From contig CM119268.1 in NCBI GenBank assembly GCA_051294375.1, positions 14,591,396 to 14,655,395 on the forward strand: a DNA stretch of 64,000 nucleotides, read 5' to 3'. The notes beneath the pieces were generated by a model that was not told where the DNA came from, made no database searches, and was given only the letters and a program-made list of their open reading frames with translations. The translations under genes were made by a program, and so were the position numbers. Position 1 is the first letter of the stretch. Each line of letters begins with the position of its first letter. This DNA is from Paraspadella gotoi (Eukaryota; Animalia; Chaetognatha). Of this stretch, positions 26,570 to 40,600 are shown piece after piece.

Positions 26570-29500
26570 CGCCAACGCAGTTAACGTCTGTCTCTCTCTA
26601 AGCCTCGTCTTTCGCTTCTACGTTGCTCCCATCAAAAACCCAAAAAGCCTCTTTATAAATTATAAAACAAAACACCCTACATTAAAAACAACACAGAGAA
26701 AACTATTTATATATATTTTTTCATTTGCATATATAAGGAAAAAAAAAAAAAAACTTTGTTACGTTATATAAAAATACGAAAAACGAAACTGCGCCGAAAT
26801 AATTTAAAATACAGAACCCCAGTCTGAATGTAAATTAAAAGAATAAAAACTTGATATTCGCGCTTCTTTTAATCACCATCTGTAGTTAAAGCAAAATCAT
26901 CTGAAGTCATCTCTCTCCAGTAATGATCCACCATCTGTCGGATCTCGCCACAATTTTTCGATCATAAACACTCGCTCTCTGGCTTTTATTTATTTTTTCG
27001 CCATGAGCGCGGTTCCGACGCCGACAGCGTCAAACCTCAAGGTCGTTTCGGGTCACGTGACGCCGTCGCAAGTAGAGACGTTTCTGCGTCAAAATCCAGA
27101 CTTTTTAGCGAGATTCGTCGTCGCTAACGTCGACGGCGACGAGATCGAGTCATGGGGAACGATCGTGCACGAGGCCGAAGCGCGGCGTCGACGGTCTCGG
27201 CAACAGCTCCAGCAACAAAAACAGTCGTCCAATCAACAGCAACAGCCGAACCAGACACAGCAGCGACAATTGTCTCCCATTCCGCAGCAGCGGGAATCCC
27301 CGCCGCCGCCTCGGTCGCCGCTTCAACAGCGATTGGCGGAGCGGGAGGAGAAGAAAAAGTCGTGGGCCAAAAGGTCGTACCTTTCGGTTCAAGAGGATCG
27401 TCGAATGTCGTCCTCCAACGACTCCAAGACCGACGAGGACGACGACGACAAGGAGGCGGAGGATGGGACGATGACTCCGGGGAGGAGGAGGAGGAACTCA
27501 TCCTTCATCAGTCCTTACACCAGAGGTGAGTGACGGATCATCGAAAAAGTAAGATAAAGTTAAAGGAGAATTGTGGGACAGTTAAGACACGATGAGTATT
27601 AGTGAAGAAAAGAGCGAGATTGTACCAAGATTAGACAATTGGGAAGAAAAAACCAGAGTCTCTATTCATCCTTCAACTTCGCCAAAGAACGTGACGGACG
27701 AAGAGAACAGTTAACAGGTGGCAGAAAACTAAATGGCTTTGAAAATTGGTCCTGGGCGAAAAGCGAGAGAGAAGAGACCATGGATGAGATTTTTTTTTTC
27801 CTACCCTCCCTCTCTCTCTCTTTATCTCTCCCTCTCCATTGCCGAGAGAAGAGTTTTGAATTTCAAATCGGCCGGGAAATTCGTAACCGCGACGGAAATG
27901 GTAATTTGACGAAACGGTTAATGAGTAAAATTTTTAAATCGGTAAAGTCGTCACGGCCACTCGGAGGGCCGTCATAACCTGCTCTATGATTATAGTTAAG
28001 ATATATTACTAAGAGATTAATATTAGTGTCAATAATTGATAACTGCAAACATTCAAAACACCCTGGAAAATCAACTTCGTTCGAAAGACCAGAAATTCCA
28101 AGATGGAGTAACTTTGTAGCCAACTTCTCTTCCGCACGAGCGACTTTTCTTCCTCAGACACTCCCACCGAATTTAGGAGGATTTTCCATTCCCAAAGAAG
28201 AAGCTGACGTCGCGTTCGCCTAACTTGTGTCTCTCTCAGTCTCAATCTCTAAGCCCTTTCTTTCATTCGTTCTCTCTCTCTCTTTCCCTTTTTATTGTCC
28301 ATTCCAATCTGAAATCCCTAATTATCATATTCTCCCTTCTCGTCTCCATTCCGCTCTCCCCCCCCCCCGTCTTTCTCTCTCTCCCGCAGGCTTGGCTCCC
28401 GATTCTGACCCCGAATCCGCCACCGGCCGGTCCAGCTGGGACTGGGACAGTTGGGAAGAGGCCATTTCTCGACCCAATTCCGTCACGTCCGACATGTACA
28501 ACAAGTATTTGGTGAAGAATAAGAGCGCGCTGTCATCGGCCAGGCGATCTCTCAATGATCTCAACTCGGAGAGAAGTGAGTGAAAGGGGATGGGCGGTTC
28601 ACGTTGATGGTTTAGTGACGTTTGGCGCATCCGTGATTGATTGCCCTCGTTTGGTTTACCATTTGTTAATTTTTTTTTTGGGTTGTTATTGCTGTTGTAA
28701 TTGCCCAACTTTTACAGTATTGTAGATATTATTTCATTTGTTATTTTATGGAAACAGTAAACAGTAAAATGCCTTTTGAGCGAGCAAGAAAGAGGCTGCG
28801 CCTTGTAAACATATTCGAACGGCCTCGGGGCAAAACTTTCTCCCTGCCACCAGTTTTTATCGTTTCTTTTTTTCTTTTTGGCGGGGGGGAGAAGCGTTTT
28901 GCGGGGAGCGCGCTGCATATTTTACCGTAATCCCATAAAAGCCGATGGATTTCGAGAGTCGTTTTTCTTAAAAACTCAAAAACCTATGGCAAGGTTTTTT
29001 TTCCTTATTTTAATACCATTTTGGATACTAGATTTCCTCAAAATAATCCCAATTCTACTTTTAAACCCAGATAAAGAGATTTCCTTTGTTTACGCTTTGT
29101 TGAAAACAAAATTATAAAAGATGAAGGGACTAATCGCAATTCGATTAAAAAAAGAATTTTTAAAGTTAGTGGAAAGTTAAACGGTAAAATATACATAATT
29201 TTTGACCGTTTTTTACGTCTAAATAACGTCACTAAATATTGCAAAACAAAATATATCTTTTAGCGCAATATCGTGTACGTAATTTTACACAGAGAATAAC
29301 TCCAACGCGATTTTGATGGGATTGATTCGTGATATCGCCAACGAATTAGATGTCACCGCCCTGTGCCACAAAATCTTAATCAACGTTTGCGCGCTCACCG
29401 ACTCGGACAGGAGTTCAGTATTCTTAGTCAGGGGCCCTAGGTAAGTTAACTTACTCGATGTATGATAAAATGATAAAATATCATCAATCAAAACCTTAAC

Positions 29501-32500
29501 GTGCCTTCAAACCCAACTTTCCTCCATTAGGACCAACCCTTACCTCGTCTCCAAACTGTTTGATGTAACTAAAGATTCCACCCTGAAAGAATCCGTTTGT
29601 CCGGAAGGAAAGGAAATAATCATTCCGTTTGGAAAGGGAGTTATGGGGCTGGTGAGTAACGGCCATCGTTTTTCACTTTTTTTCCTTCCTTCTCATTTTC
29701 TTTCACCGATTAATGATTTCTCAGGTGGCTAAGAATAAGGAAACCATTAACATAAAGAATGCTTACTCCGACTCCAGATTCAACGAAGACATCGACCACT
29801 TGACGGGTTAGTTTGATTCTAAAAAAATTATAATGCAATGTGGACAAACAACTACAACACGCAACCTCGGTCAGACCATTGACCTTATTTTCAACCTTAC
29901 CTTTTACTCTTTCTCGTTGTGGTCAGACTTTGACCTTGTAAATAGCATTGTTATAGACTTAGCATCTGAGTCTTTTATTGTTATCGTTATTAACCTTGTT
30001 GAAAAATAAATTCATTCTTACTGTGAAACTTGTTGTGTCCACACGTGGGAGTATAGGGTAAGGTTGAAAATAAGGTCAATGGTTTGACCAAGGTTGCGTG
30101 TTGTAGTTGTTTGTCCACAGCAATTCAATAAAATTATGACAACAAGTAGCTTTCCAAAGCTGAATGAGAAGGCGCTTTTACAGAATTTAGTAACAAGCGA
30201 TTAGCCAAATAATTACGACAAATTTGTGACGTGAACAAGAAATCCAATGTGCTTTGCGTTTAAGAAAAGCCAAAATGCTTAACTTTTTAGACGAAAGAAG
30301 CAGAACGTCTTTCTCGAAAAAAAAAAAATCCTGTGTTGGGAAAGGCGCGCACTGGAAGCTGGATATGCGCCATTTTTTTTCTTTCAAGCGCTATAATGTC
30401 AGTCGCCTCTTCCCCGCTTATCTTCCACCACCCTACCCTGCCGCCCACAGGATACAAAAACCCAAAACCTCCTTCCATGCCAATTTGTAATTCGTCAGGC
30501 GAGGTTCTCGGCGTCGCGACGATCATAAATAAAGGAGTCCGTTAATTCGATTCGCTATTAATATTTTTTAATTTATACTGAATGTATAGAAAGGTTATAT
30601 ATATTGAAGAGACAGTAATTATTGATAAGTGTTAATGACAGAACGTTCAATATAAGCAGTCCCTGAGCTTCGGATCAGGCTGTAACACCTTGTTACATGG
30701 CGGTTAAGCGCCCCGTCCCTCTTAACTGCCAGACGACCACCGGGCTAGAACCCCGGACCTTTGGTTGGGAGGCGAATGACTTGCCTCCGGCACCATGGCC
30801 GCTGATGAACGGTTGTGGATTTAGTCCACCATACATCCCCCCTCCCGTAGGAGAAGTCTGTTGCGTCTCTTCAGTGAATTGTTATTGTTGGTGGAAAGTT
30901 CGTCACCAAGTGAGCATGTCGCCTGATGTGTTGTGGGCGGAAAGTGCATCGCCAGGTTGAGCATGTCGCCTGAAAGTGTTGTTGTTGCTGTTGTGTTCGG
31001 GAAGTCGGGCTCACCAATGAAGAGACAGTAATTATTGATAAGTGTTAATGACAGAAACACGTTCAATATAAGCAGTCCCTGAGCTTCGGATCAGGCTGTA
31101 CACCTTGTTACAGGCGGGTAAGCGCCCCGTCCCTCTTAACTGCCAGACGACCACCGGGCTAGAAACCCGGACCTTTGGGTTGGAGGCGAATGACTTGCCT
31201 CCGGCACCAATGGCGCTGATGAACGGTTGGTGGATTTTAGTCCACCATAATATTATATATTCATTTTATTCGGTGACCACGCTTATTCCCCGTGATTCAT
31301 TTTAAAACTATCAAATCGCTCGTAAAAATATAAATGTATAGCTGACTAAGCCCAACTTGGAATTTCCTCCTTTGAAAATGGACCAACTCGAAGCTTAAAA
31401 AAAAGCGGAGGGTCTTAAAACCAAAACTTAAAGCTAATCTGTATCTTTTCTCACGACCTCGTATTTTTTATTAAGTGTCTCTATGTTAATTTTTGAACGC
31501 TTTACGCGCATTTTAGATAGGTAACTATATTATTGATACATATAAATTAATAGGGTATGTATTATTAATTAAAAGCCATCAATGATCAGGAGGAAAAGTG
31601 GACTTTTTCCCGGAAGACGAGGCGTCTCTTCCAAGACTACTTGGCCTTTGCCGGAATCGGGTTGATGAACGCTCAACTTTCGAAATGTCCATCTTGGAAA
31701 ACAAGAGGAGCAAGATTCTTTTGAACATGGCGAGGTGGGTGCCCCCCCCCCAGTTGTGGCGCGGTTGAATGGTAGTAAGGTTGTGAGGAACGTAAACGTG
31801 TTCAATTGTTTATATTAGGGTATGGATTAATTAAGGTTATTTTGTGAGGCGTCGCAAGAAACATAAATATACAATTATACATATATACACGTATCAAGGT
31901 TTTTCAATCAACTAGTGAATGCTTAGGTGGGCCGGGAGTGACAACCTCAAAAGGAGGTGGAAGCAGCGGGGGCGCGCCTCATTGTCAACTTAGATTGACG
32001 GGCCCTGAGATCCGGGTGACGAACGACTTTTTATTCGCCCGGCGGCGTCTTTCGCCGACGGAACTAAATCTAATTAAATTGATTATTAGCAAATATATTA
32101 GTTGGGGGGGAAAGACAAATTAGAAGTTTCTCGACGTTAATCAATTTGAGCGGTTGATGGACGGGTGATATAAACGAGGAAAAAATAAACGTTAGAGCGA
32201 AGATAAAACTTTTAAGAAAAAAAATGCGACGCATCTGTTTTGACGCCGCGAGTCATTTAATTGTTCGTAAAAGTTAATAAAATATTTGATTAATATTGAA
32301 ACGATCAGGAAAATCTCGGAATCTACGACCGATTTGGACGAACTGATTCAATGCGTGATGAGAGAATTCGTTGAACTCCTCAAGAGTCAAAGATGCGCCG
32401 TCTTCTTGACGGAAGAGACACCGTGCGGGATAAGATTGGCCAAAACATTTTCTCTGGTCACAACAAAGGTGAGTTCGCAAGGGAATCCGGCTGCGAGGCT

Positions 32501-35500
32501 TTGATTAAGAAGTTTAAGGGACCTCTTAAAAATAGCTGGCCTTGATTTAAAGAGAGTAACCCCCATCAAAAAAAGATCGTTTTTTCTTGTTTGCGGTAGG
32601 CAATCGGGTCAATATGGACGAATTGATGGATGAGAAATGAAAAGGATGACCTTATTTCTTATTCTCTTCCGATGCGATGTTTGTTTTTTATTTTTTTATT
32701 TATTTATTCACTTTGACGAAAGCATAACTTGATAGAGGGAAAGCGGAAAGAAACAGCAAAAAGATTTTCATATGGTTGAAGGGGAAGAGAGACTGGGAAA
32801 GAGGGTAAGAGAGATCCAACAGATCCGACCTTATCCAAAAGAAGTTGCAAAAAAAAAAAGGCAATGTTGCAAACAAACATCGTGCCCGATCTTCTCTCAC
32901 GTTTTTTTCATTCCAATAATAACGTTTCTGATAAACAAGATTTTCTCTCTCTGATTTTTATTATATTTTTATTACATTTTCGTTTCTTTCCCCAAGGACG
33001 GAATGATAACTCAGGCCGAATCAAAGGAGCGAAAAATTAGCGACGGAACCGAAGAAATTCCGGTTTACCGGACGATGGCGGAAAGGGTGGCCATCCACGT
33101 CGCCAAAACAGGTGCCAGAAAGTTGAAATTGCGAAGGTGAATGGAGGCGTGAATTACACCCATCCTTTGTGCTTGAAAAATAATATTAACTGCTCGTTTC
33201 TTGAGGGGGCGTTTTGAACGGAAAACAAACTGTCCATGAAAAAAAAAACGAACTGCTTGCTTCAAAATGTTTATCCTCCACCTTTGTCGAACTCTGTCTT
33301 TATTTCCTAATGCACGTGGCTGTCCTGGTTCTTCGACAGACTGCTCGCCGAAATTTCCTGCTTGGGTGTTTCTTGAAAAAAAAAATGTTGGAAAACAAAG
33401 TACAAAGAAATACTTTGCTTACAGTATAAATTACTAAAGCCTCTTTTCGCTCAACTAACAGAAAAGTGGACCGAAGGCAATTTACATGTCGATCGAAACC
33501 ATTGTTCGAAATTCCAAAATCAATAAGACTGACCCAAAATGCGCCCTTTATTCTCTTTAAAAACACTGCAAATCCCTCCGATGATCTTCAGTGCAGAAGA
33601 AGAAATCAACTGTTCCCTTTTTCTCTCTCTTTTTTTTTTTGTTTCGAACAAAGTTGGAGAAAGAGGTAATAAGGATTCTGCTTCGAAATGAGATTAAGAA
33701 AAAAAGAAAATGATAAGGAGCTTTCAACAGAAAGAGATGGGTATAGCGAGTGTGGGGTGAGTGAATGTGGCCGAGGAGAGAATGAATGTGGCCGAGGAGG
33801 AAATGAATGTGGCGAGGAGAAAATGAATGTGGCCGAGAGAGAATGAATGTGGCCGAGGAGAGAATGAATGTGGCCGAGGAGGAATGAATGTGGCCGAGGA
33901 GAGAATAAATGTGGCCGAGGAGAGAATGAATGTGGCCGAGGAGAGAATGAATGTGGCCGAGGAAATCGAAAAGTTAATCAGAAAAGGAAAACATTTTTTT
34001 CTATTTTCAGTTTTTTTTTCTTTTTTCTTTCCTCACTCTGTTTGTCACTGGTTTCCAGCCAGAGTGTCTTTATTAACTTCTCTCTCTCTCCCTCTCTCTC
34101 CCTCTCTCTTTCCCTCATCTCCTTTGTTTCCGACTCGCGCCCATTTCTCTTTTGCCTTCAGAAAAAATAAAAGTAGATTGCAACGGGGATGTATTATTAA
34201 AAGTGACAGCTTCATCTCTTTCATCACTCCTTTTTTTATCTCACCCTCTCCCTCTCCCCCTTTTCAACAAAAAAAGGTGAGGTTCTGAACATCGCAAACG
34301 TTTTCTCCGCCGGAAGCGAAAAGTGTTTTCAACTGCAACAAATGACGACGAACGGAGCCGAGGAGGAGGAAGAGAAAGGGGAGGGGATGAGAGGAAAGAC
34401 CACGTCGACGAGCCTTTCCGCTCTTTCTGGAGAGCAAGGCGTTCCGGAGTTGACGGACGAAGGCGTGGAACCGATCACGTCAATCCTCTGCGTGCCGATC
34501 TTTAACTCGGCCGACAAGGTGTGGGGAGATGCGTAGAAGCGTCGAATAATCGAGTTTCCTGCGAATCAGAATGTGCGAGAGACAGAAAACTCGGAACTGC
34601 TTCAGTATCGTCCTTTGTTTTCTTTCCAGGTCATAGGCGTCGCTCAAGTCGCCAACAAAAAGAACAAACGCGCCTTCAATTCGAGTGACATCAAAGCCTT
34701 CGAGGCTTTTGCGCTCTTCTGCGGCCTGGGAATTCATAACGCGATGTTGTACGACAAAGTGTTGAAGCTTAATCTGAGGTGAAAATAACGCACATAATAC
34801 GCATATTACATATATAATACACATGATACAACAAAATGTTTGTGTCTTGAAAAGGCATGAAATTCAAGGTCAACATTAAAAAAATATTGAAATTGTATCA
34901 AGCGAATAATTTCGGCATCATTACGAATAATTTAAACGTATTTTCTCACACATTTCTCGATTACCAGGCAAGAGGTGGCATTGGAGGTTCTCTCCTACCA
35001 TACGACGGCGACGGAAGATGAAACAAAAGCCCTCCTCAACGCCATCTGCGACGTCAACGAGAACAAGCGTCTCTCGGACGCGTCCGAGGTCGCCATGGCG
35101 ACCGCTCCTTCCCTCGACTTTCTCGTCGACTTTCAATTCTCCGACTTCGAGCTCACCGACGCCGAGACGGTCAAACTCGCCATGATGATGTTCAAGGATT
35201 TCAAGTTGGACGCCAAATTCAAGATGACCGACCGACTCCTCGCTCACTGGATGCTCAGCGTGAAGAAGAACTATCGACCCGTGACTTACCATAACTGGCG
35301 TCACGCTTTCAACGTGGCACAGACGATGTTCGTCATCATGAAGAAGGGTGAGTGCGAGGGTTGGACGAGAATTTCTCTCTAAAAATGTCGTCAAGTGTCG
35401 GTATATTTTATAAAAAAAACTTTTATCGAGTTGATTTTTTCGATGTCCCCTGTTCGAAATTGGATCGTCTTTCATGCATTTAACGATAAAACCTTTCCTT

Positions 35501-37607
35501 AGATTGAATCTTTTATGTTGATCTTATTTTTGAGGAAGAGGCATTATCGAACGTCCTTGACGCCCTCTCTTTTTTATTACTTTCAAATCGCTTTGCGCTT
35601 CCGATCTCCATTTTTTTCTATCCCTCTCAGTTGTTTTTTTTTTAATATTTTTTCTATACATGTCTAACAGTTTGAAAATAACTTACCTGTCAAACCGTTT
35701 TAAATTCGAAAAAGATATTCTTAACAAAATTAAATAGTTAGAATAAACTTTAAAAAAATTGCATCGCTATGTACCTGAGCTCCTCAGTCTTTACGACCTC
35801 TTTAATACTTTATACATAGCCTTTCCTGAATGAGCAACATTATCTTATCTCTATCGTCAATCCACGACACAGAATAGCCATTTTCCCTAGGCGACAACGA
35901 CGCCATTCCAAAAAATAAATCACCCACTATAGAAAAAAAATATTCCCGCACACTCCTTTTGTTTTGTTTCTTTTTTTTCTCTCTAACTTATCGGCGTCAT
36001 TATTCATCCTCTATCTCTCCGGTTATGTTGCGATTTGCTAATTTTGTAGTAATAAACAAAAACAACAAAATTCATCGCAATGGTCATAAGTCATCGCGTG
36101 TATTTTAAATAAATACCCCCCTCCCGACATTTTAATGTCAATTTTACAGAAAGAATTCGACGAGCCTTCGATGACTTGGAAGTTTTCCTCTTTCTCGTCG
36201 CCTGCTTGTGTCACGACCTTGATCACCGAGGGCAGACGAACTCATTTCAACAAATGGTAAAATCTCCGTTGGCGCGGCTGTATTCGACGTCGACGTTGGA
36301 GCGGCACCACTTTAACCACGCCGTTATGATTCTCAATTCGAAGGTGAGTTCGAGTAGGTTAAAAATAAAGAAGAAAGGAAAGTTGAAACTCGTGTTAATG
36401 AAATTCTGCGAGGCCGGATATGGAATATTTTTTCCACCATGACGAATACATCTTTTCGTATTTCGTCCCTCAGGACAACAACATTTTTCACTCCCTCTCC
36501 GAGTGGGACTACAAAACGGCCATCACCCTTCTCGAGCGGCTTATCCTCGCCACAGACCTCACCCTCTTTTTCAAAAAGTGGGGCAGTTTCTGTCAGTTGC
36601 TGGATTCGTCGAGAGACGGCGCCGACATCGATTGGCGGAAGGAGCACAACAAGGGCCTGCTGAGTCGGATGCTGATGACCGCCTGCGACGTGGCGGCCAT
36701 TATGAAACCGTGGGAGATTCAACAAAAAGTGGCGCGACTTGTGGCTTCGGAATTTTTTGAACAGGTGAGGGGATTGAAAGAAAACGGGAGTGGCGCATTG
36801 GATGGAGGAAATAGGTTAATGAATACAATGGGAGGGAATTACCACGGTCCAACGAATGGCAACTTTTCAAAATAATGCGGACCCACCAGGGTGACATGGA
36901 ACGCGCCGCCTTCAACCGGAAGCCTTCGGCCCAGATGGACCGCGAACGAGAAGACGAATTACCCAAGATGCAGATCGACTTCATCGACGCCATTTGCCTC
37001 CCGCTCTACCAACGACTCGGGAACGAGTTTCAGGAGCTACGACCCATGCAGGAGGGTTGTCTGCGGAACCGGAACAATTGGCAGGCTTTGGATCACGTCT
37101 CCCGATCGGCGAGCAAGGATGAGGACGAGGCAGACGAGAGCAAGACTGCCGAGGACAAGGCCAGCGACGAAAGCGCTTAAAACGACGCTGGAACCGTAAA
37201 CGAGGCGAGAGGGCGTAAATCGACCAAACCTCAAAAAAGCGGCGACGGATATTAAAGGGGGGGGAAGCAAACGAGAAAAACTTGCTAACCACCAACGGGC
37301 TATTTTTACATTCTGTGTGCATTCACTTTTTTTTTTTTTTTGAATATTGATAACTGTCGAACAAAATTATTATTATTATTATTACTATTACTACATCATC
37401 CATTTGAACTTATTTTTTCTCTCGTTCGAATAAATTAAAAAAAGAGTAAAAAAAAGAACATTTTTTTCTCTTTTTTGAAAAGTTAAGAGTTCGCACTACT
37501 CAACTCCCCTAGAGAAAATAGAAATAAAAGCGAAATTCGCTCTGACAGATTTTGACAGAAACTTTCCGGGTTTTAAGAAAATCCAAAAAAGCTGTCAAAA
37601 AAAAACG

Positions 37608-37650
<43 letters not shown>

Positions 37651-40600
37651 CGACCATGCAAGTTAAAAATCAAATAAGTGTTTTGACATAATACGAATAT
37701 AGAATGTGGAAGCTTAAAAGTGATACGAGACAGTTTGACGCGAGATAAGCGTTTAAGTGTTTATTTCTTAGATTCGAAAAAATTCAAAAATAATTGTTTG
37801 TACTAATCATTACTAACATTTGTTTATCGCGCGTTTGACTGTACCCATCAAACATAATAGTAGTTTGCGTTTTACTGTATATCCATTAGTACCCTCTCAA
37901 ACTTGTTATACAAGTGTTAATGATTTAATCGCTAATCTGTTTGATGTATATATGCATGGTATATATACATTTTTGTGCTTATAACCTCTTCAGGGGATCC
38001 GAGGAACGGTCTGGACGGGTGGCAACCGGTTGAACCGCAAATGTGTTGTCGAGGACGCAGCTAGTGGCGTTTATAACATTATTTTAATACGATTACAAAG
38101 CAGAAAGTTAAAATGGTACAATTTAGTGGTACATATATAGGAAACATTAGAGATCTAAAAGGAGTAGTAATGTTCTGCGAGTACGGCTCAGATCGCGCAA
38201 GATATGCACACGTATTATAAAAAGGGGGGGTAGGGAATAACTAATAGGCGAACGTACACGAGAACGATTCGCTCAATATTCCTCCCTCTTGCGGCCACTT
38301 TCTCTAAATTCTCTCCGATTTTTCCCGCTCGAGGTTATTGACGCCGTAGGCGACACAATTTTGCTAAATAACGAATCGATAAATCGATATAAACAAACTT
38401 TTAAACAGATCTCATTCGATCAGTATGACCGACACAACAGACGAAAGGCAAGAGGGGCCGGCGCGATAAATCGATTAGCTTTTTTTTTATTCTTAATCAG
38501 AAACGAAGCATCTTGCATCGATTCAACTCTCAAATCTCATCGATTCAACTCTCAAATCTTCGTATGTCTCAACAGAAAATCGAGATGAGCTCGGGCGACG
38601 AATTTCTAACGCGCGGCCATGGAGAAAGAAAGAGATTAACTTACCACGGCGCGGGTGAGGATCTGCGTGGAAGAGCACTCGTCCACGTGACCGAAGCAGA
38701 AACATTTGGAGCAGCCTGGATGGAAACGAATTAGAATTAACGACGTTACTACAAAGATTTTTTAAACATCAAATGCTTACTACTATTTATTATTATATAA
38801 TTTTTTTTATTTATATCCCTGGTTTACCTTCAGGATTTCGCTTTTCCAGATAATAATGTCCGTAGGCGCAGGAGTCGCATCTCTGCCCAGCCACGTTTTC
38901 CTAACATAAACATTAAATATTAAACAAGCAATCAATATACAAAGGAAATACGGTAGCCATTCTAAGTTCTGTAACGGAACGAAATGTCAATAGGTTTTGA
39001 CAAAAGAACGTGCCGTAGAATCTTCCGGAAGTCGTGTCGATGAAATTGACAACCCTCTTTGCGAGCTTTCCTCGAAATCCCACGTGACCCGGTACAACGT
39101 GACACGGAGGCCGTTCTCTGCGCGCGACGTATCGACGCGCATCGATCGAGACCGCCCCTTTTTTTTTTCAATCTCGCGGAAAGGCTATTTTTAGGAGGCG
39201 TGAATGACGTCACTAACTGACGTCAAAGCCTTTGTCGTTCGACGTGACGAGAAAAATGTCAAATGGGCTCGGGCTTTTTTTTTTCTTTCTCTCTCTTTTC
39301 CTCTCTATCTTTTTGAAAGCTCTTTGGAATAATTTAAGTTCAATTCTCTGTCTTTATAAAATTAAGTCTAAGCAGCTTTAATGTATTGTACGGCGACTAC
39401 GGTTCTTGACAACAGAAGATTCATAAACCTTAAATATCTCTCGTCATGGTGGATGAGAAAATTTTTTTCCTTTGCGCGAAGGTCATAGACTCGCCATTAA
39501 CGCGTCATATACATAAGATGAAAATAAAGAGGTATACGTCTGCTACAAATTTATCGTCCTCACCTTGCAGATGCATTCCCCGGTGTTGGCGTCGCAAATG
39601 TTTCCGTGGACGCCGCGCTCGTCGCAGGCGCACGGGCGACACTCGGGGAAGTTGAAGTACCCGGGGAGACACTCGTCGCAACGACGCCCACCGACGTTTG
39701 GGCGACATCTGGTGAGAGAATTGGGAGTGAAAAGAAAAGGAGAACAGGAAAAGAGAAGAAATCGGGAAAAATGAAAAATTGGAGAGTTAAAGGGTAAATG
39801 AGAGAAAAAAGAGGAGGAGAAAGAGAAGTAAGGAAGGTTACGAAAAAGAAAAAGAAAAGGAAAGAAAGATTGAGACGCAAGAAAATAGACGAAACGGAGA
39901 GAGACGGGGTTGGGAATGGGGTCAAGGATGCGAGAGATTATTGATGGGAAGCGGAGAGAGGTAGAGAGAGACAGAGACAGAGAGCTCAAGCAAAATAGCG
40001 TGAAAGTCATGGGCATATATATATATTAGTCATACATATATTTGAGCGTCTCTGTTTTACTCTTTACTAGTATCTATTAACCAAGGCTAGCTAAGGCAAG
40101 GAAGAATAACAGCGAAAATGATGCGTTTCGAAACGCATCATCCGAACGCCTTCCTTACCTGCACTGTCCCGTTTCCGCTTCACAGTTGTAATCGTTGTCA
40201 GCGATTCCGTTCCTGTTGCAGTTGCAAGGCTGCGATGGGTCGTAAGGGGGGGTTGGAGTAGTGGGGCGGTGGGACGTGAATTGGGTGGTAAAATGACGGT
40301 AAGTTTTAGCGGATTGGGAAAAGGGAGAGGGAAAAGTGCGGTAAGAGGGTATAAAGGGAAAAGTGTTTCGGAAGCCAAGACGGGACGTGGTCGGGCGTTG
40401 GGTAGGGACGGTTTGAAAAGGTCGACGGGTTTTGAAGAAGCGATTCGGAGCGACGGTTTGGGAACGGGATGTAAGAAAGGGATTAAACGAGACGGGTTTC
40501 CAAGATGGGCCGGATGTTACGGGTGAACGAAAAGACGATGGGGAATAGGGACGGGAGAAGGGAGAATTATAAGAGTCGCGCCAGGGTGTTGTGCGGGTTT

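Noticed and set aside
30605-31249. Two tandem SINE insertions
   Set aside because: PBS and PPT sit at the expected positions between the repeats, and a single 4-bp TSD flanks the whole unit.
33762-33963. CRISPR-like array or repeat protein (ORFs 33827-34288, 33868-34170)
   Set aside because: Contiguous 21-bp units with no unique spacers, in a eukaryotic intron; the ORFs are by-products of a minisatellite.
27003-37180. Calling the PDE or laminin a pseudogene because of frameshifts
   Set aside because: Catalytic and structural motifs and splice sites are intact, and the indel pattern fits sequencing error.
37610-37647. Poly(A) run after the PDE gene as a sign of retroposition
   Set aside because: The PDE gene has 14 introns, and A-runs are common throughout this window.
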